64,000 nucleotides of DNA from Monocercomonoides exilis PA203 (Eukaryota > Protista > Preaxostyla): contig LSRY02000063.1 of NCBI GenBank assembly GCA_001643675.2, forward strand, positions 248,001 to 312,000, given 5' to 3'. A program made the position numbers and the translations under genes. Shown in pieces: positions 20,601 to 33,647 of this stretch. Numbering within the stretch: the stretch's first letter is position 1; each line of letters opens with the position of its first letter. The notes under the pieces were generated by a model. The model saw only the letters and a list, made by a program, of their open reading frames with translations. It ran no database searches and was not told the DNA's origin.

Positions 20601-23600
20601 CCAATGTGGCACATGGCTGCTTTTGCGTTCCACAGTTCTTCGTGTCCTCGCTGCCTTTGGAGGTGTTTGACGTGACAAAAATAACATCATTTTGATATGT
20701 GACAATGAACTCGATCAGATTCATCGGCTCATCCACAAACTCTGTCTCATCCATTCCATAGATCGCATTGTATCTGTTGTATGATCCTTCCCTCAGATCC
20801 AGATTGAACTGTGTTTCATTGATCTGCTTCTTGATATCCACACACTTCACAAACAAATCCCGCCCAACACGCGCAACATTGGAATCAAATCCATCCTTCA
20901 CAAATCGCATGTTCAGATCCCCAGAAACAGCTGCATCCATATAAATCCCTCCTCCTTTGCCTTTGGCTGTCGAGCACCCACATTGGCTCAGTGTGCTCTC
21001 TTCAATCCTCAGACTTCCCTCGCTCTTCAACACAAACAGAATGGCTCCTCCTTCTTCACTGTTTGAGCTTCTGCATTCATCAAACACGCTTCTGTTCACC
21101 GCAAGCTTCAAACTTTCCTTATTTGCACTCGAATCAATCACACATGCCCCTCTCACATCTTTCTTCACATCTTTCACATGGAATTTCTCCAGCAAAATGG
21201 TTGGACTGCTTTTCATTGATTTTGCTTGCTCATGATTGCTCCTGCTTGCTTCCTCAACTTCAAACACACTTCCTTCGTTCAGACTCAATCCATTTATTAC
21301 AAGCTCCTCAATTCTGCCTTCACATCTCTCTGAAACAACAAAAAGATTTCTCTCACAATTCAAATTCGAAACGTCAAAATTCGTTATCTCCATGACTCCT
21401 TCTCTCACACAGACAAATGACACAAGCATCTGAATCCTCTTTTCTGCCAATCCTTCAATTGAACAGTTCACCAGGCTCAAGCTCCCATTCTCACTCAAAA
21501 TCACTGCCTTCTTTTCATTGTCATATTCCCCTTCCATTTCAAACTCGACTCGAGCAATCCTTGCTGTGTTTTTGTTCCAAAGGCACGCTTTTCTGCTCTC
21601 ATTCACATCGTTTTCAATCACCATCTTCACCTTCGATACCTCGTCTTCCACAGGATTCCATGCTTCGATCGAGCAATCAGTCATCTCAAACACCTCGTTC
21701 AGCTCAACTTTCCCCAAAATAAATATCCAACGCTTATCTGCCCCTTCACTCATCTGCCTAACACCTTTCCACCAACTCTGACAAGGATCTTCAGCTGAAC
21801 CACATCGAGCCACATCATGCCCTTCATCTGACACATATATCCTTTCGCTTCTGTATTCCACAACAAATCTGAACAAATCTGTTTCGCTGAACACCTTGTC
21901 ACTTCCAACAAACCCATTTGAATTGCTCTTCAGTGATTCAAAGTTAAAATCAAAAGTGTCTGTTGTCACAGTGCTGTTCAGATCAAACGATTCAACAAAC
22001 AGATTTTCTCCAACATCTGCCTTGTTCCCTTCAAAGACAACAGAACCGAACAAGATAGATCTGGCAATTTTGGACTTTTTGCAATCAATGAACAATCCGC
22101 CTCCTCTGCCACCTTCGGCTAAGCATTCGCATTTTTGAATTGTGCAGTTCTTGACTTGCAGTTCTGCTTCATTTTCAAGAATAACATTCGCCAATCCCCC
22201 TTTTCCATTTTGTGTTGAGGTCACTTCCTGAAACGAGCAATTATTCATATTCACTGTTCCAGTCAATTTCAGTGGTTAAGAACCGAAAACCATCTGCCCT
22301 TTGAAACAACACCATTCAAAAGTCACTTCTCCCCCATTCATTTCCAACATGGCAAACTCGACAGTCTCTTGTTGAGAACATTCAAATATGCAATTGCTCA
22401 TCTTCATGCAACCATTTGTGGATTCAGACAAAATAAGTGCTTTCACTCCATTTCTCAGTGAATGCGGAAATATAAAGTCGACAAAGACAAACTCTGATTT
22501 CTTGCTGTTCACAATAGCCCCATCCCCATTGAATTCACCTTTTTCTTCAAACAGCAAAGAAGAATGCACTTGATCTTGTTCTGATCGAATCCTAATTCCT
22601 GACACATCACTCCCATCTTTCACATGAGCCTTCTGCAAAATAACAATCTCTGAGTTATCCTCTCCGGATTTGATGTTCTGGACACCCCGCCATAATGTTT
22701 GACATGAATGCTCTTCTTGCCCACATCCAATTGCATCATATCCTTCAACCGACAAATACACACATTCTGAATGCAGTTGAACCAGAAACAACCTCAAATT
22801 GACTGGCTTAAAATAATATGATTCATCAACTCCCCACAAATCAGCTTCATTTCCTTCTTCATTTTCTGCCACAAAACAAAATCGAATGGGAGACACACTT
22901 ATGTTCAATGCCTTGCAGAACACAAACATGTCCTTTCCTTCTCGGGCACTATTCTCTGAAAACAACAAATCTTCAAACACGAAGTTGTCAGTCGAATCGT
23001 TTCCGATGTGAAGATACACTCCTCCTCCTCTCCCATCTTCACCATCAACACTCCAATTCCTCACTGTGGAATTTTTCATCAACAACTTATCATCTCCTCC
23101 CAGTTCACACCACATCATCCCCCCATTCGCCACACTCACTTCCCACCCTTCAAAACAGCTTTCATTCGCCATTTCCACATTTCTTGCCTTTTTCGCTTCC
23201 AACAAATGCCCATTTTCAATGCTGCACCCACTTGCTCTAACATTGCTCAAAACTATTTCTGCTCCTTCTCCACCACATATCAAACTCTTTCATTCTGTCG
23301 AAACACCTTTGATTTCCACTTCAGACAAACTGATCACTCCTCTTTCCACATCAGCAATTCCCTTTCCCATTTGAAAGCCAATCCCAACAACACTCACTGA
23401 CTTGATTTCCAGCTTTCCATCTGTTTCTTTCACAATCCAAACACAACTTTCTTTTTCAATCTTGCTCTCTATTCCATTCTCAACCCCAAACACACACTCA
23501 CTTATCAGACACTGCCCTCCTTCTATTTTCAGAAACTCTTCATAACCAGCTGTTGTGGGAATTGCTGGAAGCTCAAATGCCAAGCTCCGTATGCCCAAGA

Positions 23601-26600
23601 AAATGGGGCTGCTGACCAATGTTATATGACCGCCTCCTCCAACTCCAATAACCGGCTTTGTGAGGCCTCTTCCCTGAATTGCCAACGATGAATTCCTTGC
23701 AACATCTGCATCCAAAGTTGTGTTTCCAATCACCCTGATTGTCGAGTGCGAGTCATTCATCAATGAAAAGGCATATCCAACATCCTTGCACGGTGTTTCT
23801 TCAAACCCACACTCCTCTTTGTTCACTTTTGCTCCATCCACAAACATTATCTTTGGAGATTCAGGAAACAGTATCACCAGTATCGACACATTTATCGCTG
23901 GCTCAACTGAACAATCATACACCCAAAATCGTTCTCTCTCATCTTCTTCATTCACCGATCCTTCCCAAAGAATTTCATTCAGCATCCTCCTCACATCCTC
24001 ACACACAACATACACATCCCTTCCCAGCAATGCTTTGTTCTCACCAAATCTGTTCTTTTGCATCGAATTGCTCAAATCAGTATCCTCAAACTCCAAAACC
24101 ATCCCTCCACCAATTCCTCCTGATTCACTCACCTCATTGAATTTCACGCTGTTCACTTCAAACTTCAGTGTTCCTCCTTTCTCCACATGCATCACCAATC
24201 CTCCACCTTTTGCTCCTTCTTTAGCACAGACAATTGTCTCAAATGCACATTCCTTCATCTCAACCACTTTCCCTTCCCCAACATTCCCCTCAACTCCTCC
24301 TCCACTCCCAACCTCTCTGCTCACTGCGGCCACACTGTTGTTCTGCAGCTGAATTCCACACGAACCATCAAAACACAGCACTGCTCCATTCTTCATGCCT
24401 GCTCCTTTTTCACTCGAATTCACAATACTGACTGAACCTCCCGAATTCACATGGATAAGCCCACAAACATCTTCTCCATTGACACCCTCCAATTCCATTC
24501 CATTTAACTGAGCACTTGCTCCATTTCCCTGAATCACCAAAAAGCTATTTGTGCTGAATTTAATATCCCTCACTTTCACTCCAACCAAACTGGATTCTCC
24601 TCCAACAACTTTCACAAGCGAGAAACTGACAACGTTCGTTCTGGATATGAACGAAACATTGTTCATCACAAGCGATGAACTGAAACACACAAACAGCGCA
24701 CTCTTGCTGCCTGGCATCGAGGATGGAACACTAAACATCATTTTCCCAAATGTCGTTGCTGAACGCGTTTCAATAAATCCTTCTCCATTGATACTCTCGT
24801 TGCTCGCAATCACAACCTCCACCCCAATCTCTTCCACATCTATCTTCATCTCTTGCTCTTCAATCTTCAGCTGGTTCGTGATTTCATATTGCGGAAGCAA
24901 TCGTATTATTGCACTGCCTTGCCCAAAAATAGTTTTTCCAGCAAACAACACATCTGCACACGGATAATCTGAAAATCCACACAATTTCCCATTTATTCCA
25001 TCACTTCCAACAAATGCAGGACTCGAAAAGTTCCGAAACAGCAGCACCAACGGAATTGCTTGCGACTTGTTTCCACCTTCAAAGCCCATCATATCCTTCA
25101 AGTCTGGTATTTCTTCTTCGCTCTTGGCAAACGAAAAATTGAACACAGTTTCTGTTGCAATCTTCTTCAGCTCGTACGCTTCCACAAAAATATTGTTCCC
25201 TCCATTATCTGCCCTATTTCTTTCTTCTCCCAGGCCAAATGAAATACTCCGCAAGATCACATCATTTGCTTCTTCCACAATTCTCACTAAAACGCCTCCC
25301 CCATATCCCCCTCCTTCTTTTTCTTCGCTCAAATCGCGGGCATTACACTTCTTAACATCCATTCTTTCCCCTTCCTCCCCAATTCGCAGCATTCCTTCTC
25401 CACTCAAAGTTACCATAATTCCTCCACCGCACCCATCATTTGCCGAGCAATCATCAAAAGTGCTGTTTCTCACAACAACACTGTTTTCATCACCAACATT
25501 TCCGTTAACACCGCATCCATTCTGAATGCTCGCACAAATACCACAAAACGAACAATCCTCAACAGTCAATGCCTTTCCATTCACATCGCAGATCATCCCT
25601 CCTCCTGATGCTCTATCTTTCTTTCCACTCATTGTCGTTTTAGCCAATGTCAGAATCCCTGATGAATGTAATTCAATTACACTCACTTCTCCATTCGTAA
25701 TAACTCCATTCAAAATACTTTCATTCATGTTGCATACGGCTTCTTCTTCAATCCTCATCAACGGATGCAATCGAAACTCCACTTCATTCACACACAACCC
25801 ACATATCTTTATCTTTCCTCCAACACAAAGCACAAGTCCAACACTCACAAAGGATGCAGATCTCACTGAATATTGACAGTTGGTGAGGTTCAGTGTCTCA
25901 GCACTCATCTTCATCAGCCATTCTCTTCCATTCAGACTCTCTGGAACAACCAAAAAAAGAGACTCAAATAAACAATTTGAACTCACTTCAATCATCGCAT
26001 TCTGATTCACTGTTATGTTTTCGAACACGTCCATCCTCGCCTCCAACTCAGCTCCTCTGAATGTGTTTTTTCCACTTGCCAATAACAGTTCTGATCCAAG
26101 AATTCCAGATTCGCTAACTTTCAAGCTTATTCCACTTGCCTTTTTCCATTGTGCAATCCCGTTCTGAACTGTTTCACATGGATACCCTGTATACCCGCAT
26201 CGGGAAAAATCTTTTTTATTCGCCCCACCAATTGCAACTTCTGAAACATCCTCTCGCAAGAATAACACAAGTGGAATCACATACCCTTCATCTTCTTTCT
26301 CTGTTCCCGCAATCTCATCTTCTTTCAAAAGATCTGGCCCAAATCCAATTCTTGTGCTGTCAATAACATCTCCCATTTTTTCTATCTTCACAAACATGTT
26401 TTTCCCACATTTGTTTGCAACACAACCTGCAAATTCAACATTTTTCAGCCGAAAATTGCCTGTGGACTTCACACAATCCAGCCATATCCCTCCTCCATAT
26501 CCCCCCTGTCCTCCAATCATTCCAGCTTGACATTCATTCAACTTCGCCAATCCTTCGATTCCAACATAAAAGATAGAATCTTTTTCCATCACTATCTTCA

Positions 26601-29600
26601 TTCCTCCTCCATTTCCCTTCTCACTGACCCCATACATCTCTCCTCCTTCAATCTCGAGTTTCTGGTCTTGTCCAATAACACCCTGAATCGCTCCTCCATC
26701 TCCACTTGAAAGCAAGCATCCACTGAAAATGGTTCGATTGACAATGCTGTTTCTCGCCTTGTTGATGTTGATTACAGATCCTTTGTTCCTTCCTGTGCTT
26801 TCAAACTTCGAGTCACTTATCAGCAATTCCGAATCACTTTCTGCATTTATCAGACCAGATTCTGCGCTCAACACATCGGTGCAAACAAGATTTACTGCTT
26901 TGACTTTTGCATCCATTTGAGCGCAGATGATCATGGGTTCTTTGAACGTCAGGCTATCGACTTCCACATCGTTCAATTCAACTTTTCCATTCTTTACAGC
27001 AATAAGAGAGTATCCAATCTCCAAAACTGAACTGCTTCTCTTCACAAGTGATGATGATATCTGCAGGCTTCCTTCGACTTCCTCTCCCACAACAAACACT
27101 GCTGTTTGTGATGATTGCAGCCATGCCTCCAAAGACAAGCTCACAAGACTTATCCCAACATCACTCATCACCTCAATCACTCCACTCTGCTCGCTTCCAT
27201 TTCCAACAACTCTTATTTCTGATTTTCCACTCACTCCACTGATGCTGTTTTCTTCATCTCCCCTCAAACTCAAACACTCCAAAAGGGAATACGATGAAGC
27301 TATTGTCAATTTGTGCACTTTTTCCTGTTGAGCGAGAGAAAACTGCATTGTTTTGCACGGATAGTCTTCAAAGCCACACACTCCAACATCCACTCCGTTG
27401 CTTCCAACATTCACTCTTTCTCCTCTTTCTCTCAGGCAATAAACAAGCGGGATGACCACCTCTGGTGTTCCTTCATCTGCACCCATTGCTTCGTTAACAG
27501 TGAATAATGAGGAATAATATGCAATTCTTTCTCTTGTGACACTTGCTTTCAGATTTGGAGAATACACATAAACATCTTTCCCAAACAGCGCACTGTTATT
27601 CTCAAATCCTGGATTCGAAATCACAAAATCATCTGCTGCGTTTGTCAGCTTCAGATAGATGCATCCTCCTCTCCCTTTGTCATTTTGCACATTTCCCTCT
27701 CCATCATTAGCCACACAGTTTTTCATTGTAGTGATCAACCCTTCTTTCCCTATCGACAATTGACTTCCCTCAGCAAGCGTCAAGGCAGCCATCCCTCCAT
27801 TTCCATTCAAGCATCTGCATCCACAAACCGTTGTGTTTTTCCATTCAAGGCGCTCCTCTCCTTTGAATACCTTCGATATCAAGGCTCCATCTCCAACTTT
27901 TCTCACAATCTCTGTGATGTTTCCCCCATGGACACATATCTCTCCACAGTTGCTCGTCGACAAAAGGCAGCAGCCTGAAAAGATAATGTTCTTGACTTCA
28001 CAATCATCGAGAGAGATTCTGCCTTCATCAGCACTTAGAAAAGGCCTGTTGAAAATACCATCAGGCATATCACTTGTGATCACGCATTTATCCAGATGCA
28101 CAAATCCAAACATTCCAGTCACCTGAAAAAGAAATGAATTGTTGGAAATGCTTGAGCTGTGAATAAGTGTGAATAATTCCATCTCAATTGAGCCATATTC
28201 AACGAAAAACAATGACCCGGATTCTGTGTGACTCGAAATGTTCACTCTGTCCAATCCATCGCTCTTCTTCAACAAAACACTTCTTCCTCCCACTTCTATT
28301 TCGGTTTCCTCAAAGCATTCGCTTGCCAATCTTATTGAATGGTGCTTGAAACTTACCCACTGATTCATTGCAAATCCAATTGTTCGGCATTCATCATCAG
28401 TTCCTCCACAGTCGTTGTGGTCTCCTCCAGACTTCGCTGAATTCACAAGGATTGGATCTGGACTTGCATTTGGGTCTGGAAGCCATTCACTTCTGTCAAC
28501 ATTTGTTGTAACTCTGTTATTTTTATTTGAAAGCGAAAAAGAACATCTGACGCAATCGGAAGTCACTTTTGTGCTATCTGTATTCCAGTAATGAATGTCA
28601 TGTCCTTCATTTGAGTCAGCAGAATTGTTTTGAAAAAAACAATATTTAATATGCAATATTGATCTGTCCAACGGTATTGATTGCGATATTGCACCAGAAT
28701 GACTTTGTGCATGAGAATTTGCAAAGCTGCAATCTGTTGCCAAAGACTTTTCTTTCAAATTGTGCGTGTGAATAGATCCACCATAAATAACTGATTCACA
28801 ATTTGAAAATGAACTTGAACATAATTGCAGTATTCCATGTTCGCAATTTAGTGCTCCACAGTAATTATTTGTGTTGCAATTAAAAAACATACATCCATAA
28901 ATGCTAAACAAACCATAAAACAAACAAATTGCTCCACCAAATGAAATTGATGTCAAATTAACATAACACTTTGAAAAATTTGTGTTCACAATGATGCAGA
29001 CAAATTGATTGTCATGATATAAGGCTCCTCCTCTTGCATATGTATTTTTATCGTTCTTTGTGCTGCATCCAGAAAATGAACAATCTGTCACTTTCAGATT
29101 GGCTGATCCTGTCACTGATATTGCTCCTCCATACCGATCTGAAGAAGAGCAGTTGGTGAATGTGCATCCAACAAACACAATATCTCCAGATATAAATGAT
29201 GGTAAAGGACTTGTAACAGGCTGATCTTTGTATGAGTTCTTGGTTTCAGCAAAGGTGGTGTTCGTCGAAACAAATCCGCTTCCCCTTTCCGCTCCAACAA
29301 TCACTCCATCGAATGTGTTGGCACAATTGCTAAAAATGCATCCAGATACAACGTTTTTCTGCAAAGTTTGCTTCAATGCACTTTTTGCTGCAAATGCTGG
29401 CTTTTATCGCGCTGTGATGTTTATGAATTCGCACATGTGAACATCAACTTGTGAAAATAGTTCGCTTCCCACAAATGGCGAGGTGGAGGACACCACAATG
29501 TCTGAAAAGATTGAAGAAGCCATTTCAACGAATCCAACATCAATTTTGCTTTTTTCTTGGGCTGTTGTTGTTTACACAAGGCATGGGAACGCATTGCAGT

Positions 29601-30075
29601 TTTCATTATTAATTGCAGAAATGTTGTTCATTGCAACTCCACTTTGGCCACAGCAGATTGGCGAATAATATTCTTTGCTGAACATTTCCAATAAGCAATT
29701 CGAAAGAAAAAGAATCGACCTTTCGGCCTTTAGTACTGGCATTCCACTGAAATGTGCTCTTATTGCTATCATGTGAAAATAGATCGATGAATTTGCCAAC
29801 ATTATGCAAGACTCAAGCTTTGATGAAATTATTGCTTTTTCCAGACAATCATTTTTCCTCCGTTGAATAGCAACAGAATCATTCTTAAATTTTCCTTCAT
29901 AATCATTTTTAAATAAATTATTCTTTTCGTTATCGTTCAATTTTGATGGATCGGTTTCCTTCCAGCTCATTTCAGTAAATTTCGAATTATTTTGTACCTC
30001 GAATGCAAACAAATTTGAAAAGGCGAAAAACACACAAAACAAAATTGAACATCTGAAAACGTAAGGATGCCACAT
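17698..30075 (-). pseudogene. Giant surface receptor pseudokinase paralog (4126 codons in one frame) interrupted by four in-frame stops; pseudogene or recoded gene
   Basis: ATG 30075 starts a signal peptide (MWHPYVFRCSILFCVFFAFSNLFA). Track ORFs 29572..30117, 23290..29376, 22276..23283 and 17698..22266 share one frame, separated by TAA 29572-74, TAA 29404-06, TGA 23290-92 and TAA 22276-78. Eight CG...C modules, a TM helix, and the same pseudokinase tail as 1937..11290. Confidence 0.8.
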
Positions 30076-31318
30076 TTTTCTTGCAGGCAAACAGGGAGCA
30101 GGACAACTTGGAAGCAATTTGTTTGATTGATCCTGTGAGATATAATATAAAGATTTGAATTCCTGAATGCCCTTTATTTAGAAATTGAAGGAATCAAAAA
30201 AATAATGAAAAGAAAAAAAATCTTTGTTAATCCATATGTTTTTTTTTAAAAATTGAATAATACCTGTTTCTCTGCAAAATAAGGCAAATACATCAAATAG
30301 AGTAGAATTCTTTTCAATTTTTGAATAATCAAGATTAACATAAATATAAAGAAAATTCAAAAAAATAAAAAAATCTCTCCTTTTCCTCTTGCAATAACCA
30401 TTAGAAACAACAACCACAAAGAAATCAATGTCGCATGTTCATACCAATTTGGCTACAATCTTCCAATAAGGTGTGTAATTATTTGCATTTGACAGAAAAA
30501 ATAAATAAATAAATAAATAAAATATGAACAATCAATAACAGTTTCAAAAAGCATACACAACATTCATTACGAGAGATGAATCATATGAAGGTGATGGAAT
30601 GCTGGCATTCTCATTCCAAGAATAACCAAAAATAAGGCTTTTCGCATTATTTGCTCATAAACAGCTTGAAGAAGAAGCTTTTTCACCTCTTTGAAAGGAT
30701 GGAATCATGCAGTTTCATTTTTAATATTTTTAAGCTTCTTTCCATTCAATGCATCGAAAAATAACAATTCAAATGAAATATTTGTTGATTGACGTATCAT
30801 CAGAATAAAAAAACACTTTTTTGAAACTTTATTCTACAAGAATGGAAATTTCTTCTTGGAATTTTTAAACCTTTAAATCATTTTCTTTTGCAGGAGCAAA
30901 AGTTAACTTATTCAATTTTCCATAAATTGTTATGGGTATATTTTTTTGTTAGCTAAATCCATTTCGTTAATCGTAAACATAGAGATAAAGAAAAAAAGAA
31001 TGCCAAATTTATTCTTTCAAATGATCTCATAAAAATTGGCATTCTTTTTACCTGGTAAGTTGTTAACTATTATATTTCTCTTTTATCTATTTATTGATCT
31101 GCACAATAAAAAGATGAACGCAAACGAATATAAATGCTTGTCAAAAATGTGCATCAATATAATCAAAAAATCAAAGCTATTCTTTTTTAAAAAAAGAAAG
31201 AAAGTCATAATAATATTTTTACAGAGAATTCTAAGATATAATTGACAACGACCACTTTCCTTGCACTCATTCAAATGAACACAACAATCTTCGAAGAAAA
31301 TACAAAAATAAACAAACA

Positions 31319-31356
<38 letters not shown>

Positions 31357-31373
31357 TCAAATATGAAAGTGCT

Positions 31374-33543
31374 TCATTTTTTCTCTTTGATGGCTTTTGT
31401 GTTTCTCAGTCCCTTATCCTTCGGAGCAGACACCAAAGCAGACTGCTCGATGGGAATAGAAAGTGGCCTCAACTTCATCTTTTTGCTCTTTTCAAGCAGA
31501 GAAGGAGACTCATGAAGTGTCTGAGGAGAAGAGGATGAAGAAAGAGTTGAAGATGAGAGAGGAGATGAAGATGGCACTGCTGATGAAGAAGAAGAAGAAG
31601 AAGAAGAAGAAGAAGAAGAAGAAGAAGAAGAAGAAGAAGCATCCAATGATGTATTTGTGGAAGCAGTCTGTTCCATTTGAGGAGGAGGAGGAGGCTGAGC
31701 CACAGCGCCAAGAGTGTCGAGGATGATCAGGTTGTCAAGCGATTCAGACGATGCGGCTGTGCTTGGCTGACTGCGAGGAGCAAGTGGAGGAGAAGAAGAA
31801 GATGATGATGATGAAGCAGGAGGAGAGGAAGAGGAGGAAGAAGAGGAGGAGGAAGAGGAGGTAGGAGATGATTCGAGGGAGAGTGTTGAGGTGAGCACAG
31901 TGTCTGTCACACCGACTGTCGACGAGGCAATTTGCGACTTTGCTTCTCCGCTGGATTTGGGTGTGGAACGCTGGCTGCTCCCACTCGATGAATTTGTCTG
32001 TGGTGGATTGATAAAATAAATAAATAAATGGATGAATGAATAATGGGGAAAGTGAAGAGGAGGAGTTTTGACAATGCAAATTTGTTTATTAAAAAAAATA
32101 AAAATTAAAATTAAAAAATAAAAATTTAATAATGTAAATATTTCGAAATAAACAATCTTTCAACAATTTCTTACTCTTTCTCTCTTTCTCTCTTTCTCTC
32201 TTTCTCTCTTTCTCTCTTTTTCTCTTTTTCTCTATTTAATCTATTAATTTCTCCATTCATTTCCCCTCACACCGTCTCCACCATCAGCCTGAACTGCGAC
32301 GGGCATGGCACCACAATCACAAACTTCGACCCCACGCCAATCGCCGACGAAACAGTAAAAGTTCCTCCGAACTGCTTTGTGAAGAAGTATGCCTTTGTCA
32401 GCCCGTACCCTCCTCCCATCGTCCTCCGGTGCGCCACATTGCTCCCACGCACCCCGAACTCGATGACGTGGCTGATCTCGTCTTCTTCTATGCCCATCCC
32501 GTTGTCCTCCACTGTGATTGTCAGCTTCGACCCGTCGTTCACCATCGATGCATGGATCACGCTGCCGGGCAGTGAGTACTTCCGCGCATTCATCACAAGA
32601 TCCCTTTCCACGTCCTGAAAGATTGGCGGAAGATGAACCATCCCTGGCTTCACACCAGAGAATGTCAGCTCAACCACGATGTCCGTCGGCGAGCGGCGCT
32701 GCTTCTCGTCAAAGACAAGCCCAGACAGCTGCGTTGTGCCTTCTGTGGCTGCGGTCAGAACATCCTTCATGTTCTTGTCGAGTGTGGAAGTGTGGTACAT
32801 CACCCACGCATTCCCTGGAAGATGCAGCCGCTGAAGAAGCTCTCGAGACCTCAAAACCATGATTGGGAGTAGATGCTTCTCAATGTATTGAATATCTTTC
32901 CAGAAAGGTTGCGTTAGCTGAGCTGTTCTTTCTGTTGTTGAAGTCATACGAGATGATCGCGAATAATCCGAGTATTGTTTGGACATCATTGAGTGCTGAG
33001 AAAATATTACTTTTGCTTGCTGTATTTCTTGTTTTATTTTTGTTTCGAGTAATGCAGCATGCTCGAGAAGCGAAATAGTGCTCTGATGTTATGAAGTACT
33101 AATGCAATAAATGTATATATTTATAAGAAATTGAAACCGATAAAGACGAAAGACTTTGCCCGATTGTGGTGATAAGAGCAAGAGTCTCGCTAAATGCTAA
33201 AGAAAACAAATATCAAAAAATATATAGTTTCAAAGCATTGATAAATACCTTGTTCGTCAACAATGTTCATTGCGACACGACATTTTCCGATGGCATCTAG
33301 AAAAATGTCAAAATTGAAAAAACAAAAAAATTAGAAAGACAACATGCTTTGAAGTACGTTTATGATGTTCGCGAATCTTAATTAACGTAAAATGAGAATG
33401 CCCTTTCCGTTATGAAAAAATCATTGGAAATAAACACACGTATGAAAAATTAGTCTTGTTTTTTCTTCCTCTGTCAAATTAAGTTCCTTCTCAATTGTAA
33501 TGGTCTTCATGACAACGGTGTCATTTTTGTCATCGTATGTCAT
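31374..33543 (-). CDS. Soluble bacterial-type histidine kinase (H-box plus HATPase_c), intron-containing, probable Ser-rich C-terminal exon
   Basis: Exons 33440..33543, 33348..33376, 33249..33296, 33138..33196, 32273..33082 and probably 31374..31997, all phases consistent (557 aa; 351 aa ending at 32267 if the last intron is not spliced). Motifs: candidate H-box FHTFANIINV, N-box DLVMNARKYS, G1 VEDNGMGI, G2 GGGYGLT, G3 GVGSKF. Confidence 0.8.
31585..31638 (+). repeat. (GAA)18 perfect trinucleotide repeat; poly-Ser on the minus strand
   Basis: Read directly; lies in the putative last exon of the histidine kinase. Confidence 0.9.
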
Positions 33544-33647
33544 TGTTCTTTACGAACGATTTAAGCCTCGGAATAAAACAGAAAGAAACAAATATCTGTA
33601 AGACTCGTTCTTTGGATAAGGGGTTCACTTTGATCATTTGATTAATT
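33544..33647. promoter_or_regulatory. Probable bidirectional promoter (104 bp between divergent ATGs of the histidine kinase and Fe-ADH)
   Basis: Inferred from the predicted start codons at 33543 (-) and 33648 (+); no specific motif is assigned. Confidence 0.55.

Noticed and set aside
22254-22283. 30-nt in-frame GT-AG interval that would remove the TAA at 22276
   Set aside because: Much shorter than the 51-nt minimum of the introns modelled in this window and lacks an intron-like pyrimidine tract; not supportable without RNA data.
17698-30075. Alternative genetic code (TAA/TAG = Gln) as the explanation of in-frame stops
   Set aside because: Two ORFs totalling more than 7000 codons have no in-frame TAR, and ADH (TAG), the 4189-aa gene (TAG) and the 8-TM gene (TAA) end at plausible positions.
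30178-31319. Possible decayed gene between the second receptor and the histidine kinase
   Set aside because: Some codon-like stretches on the minus strand, but no frame or motif could be assigned.
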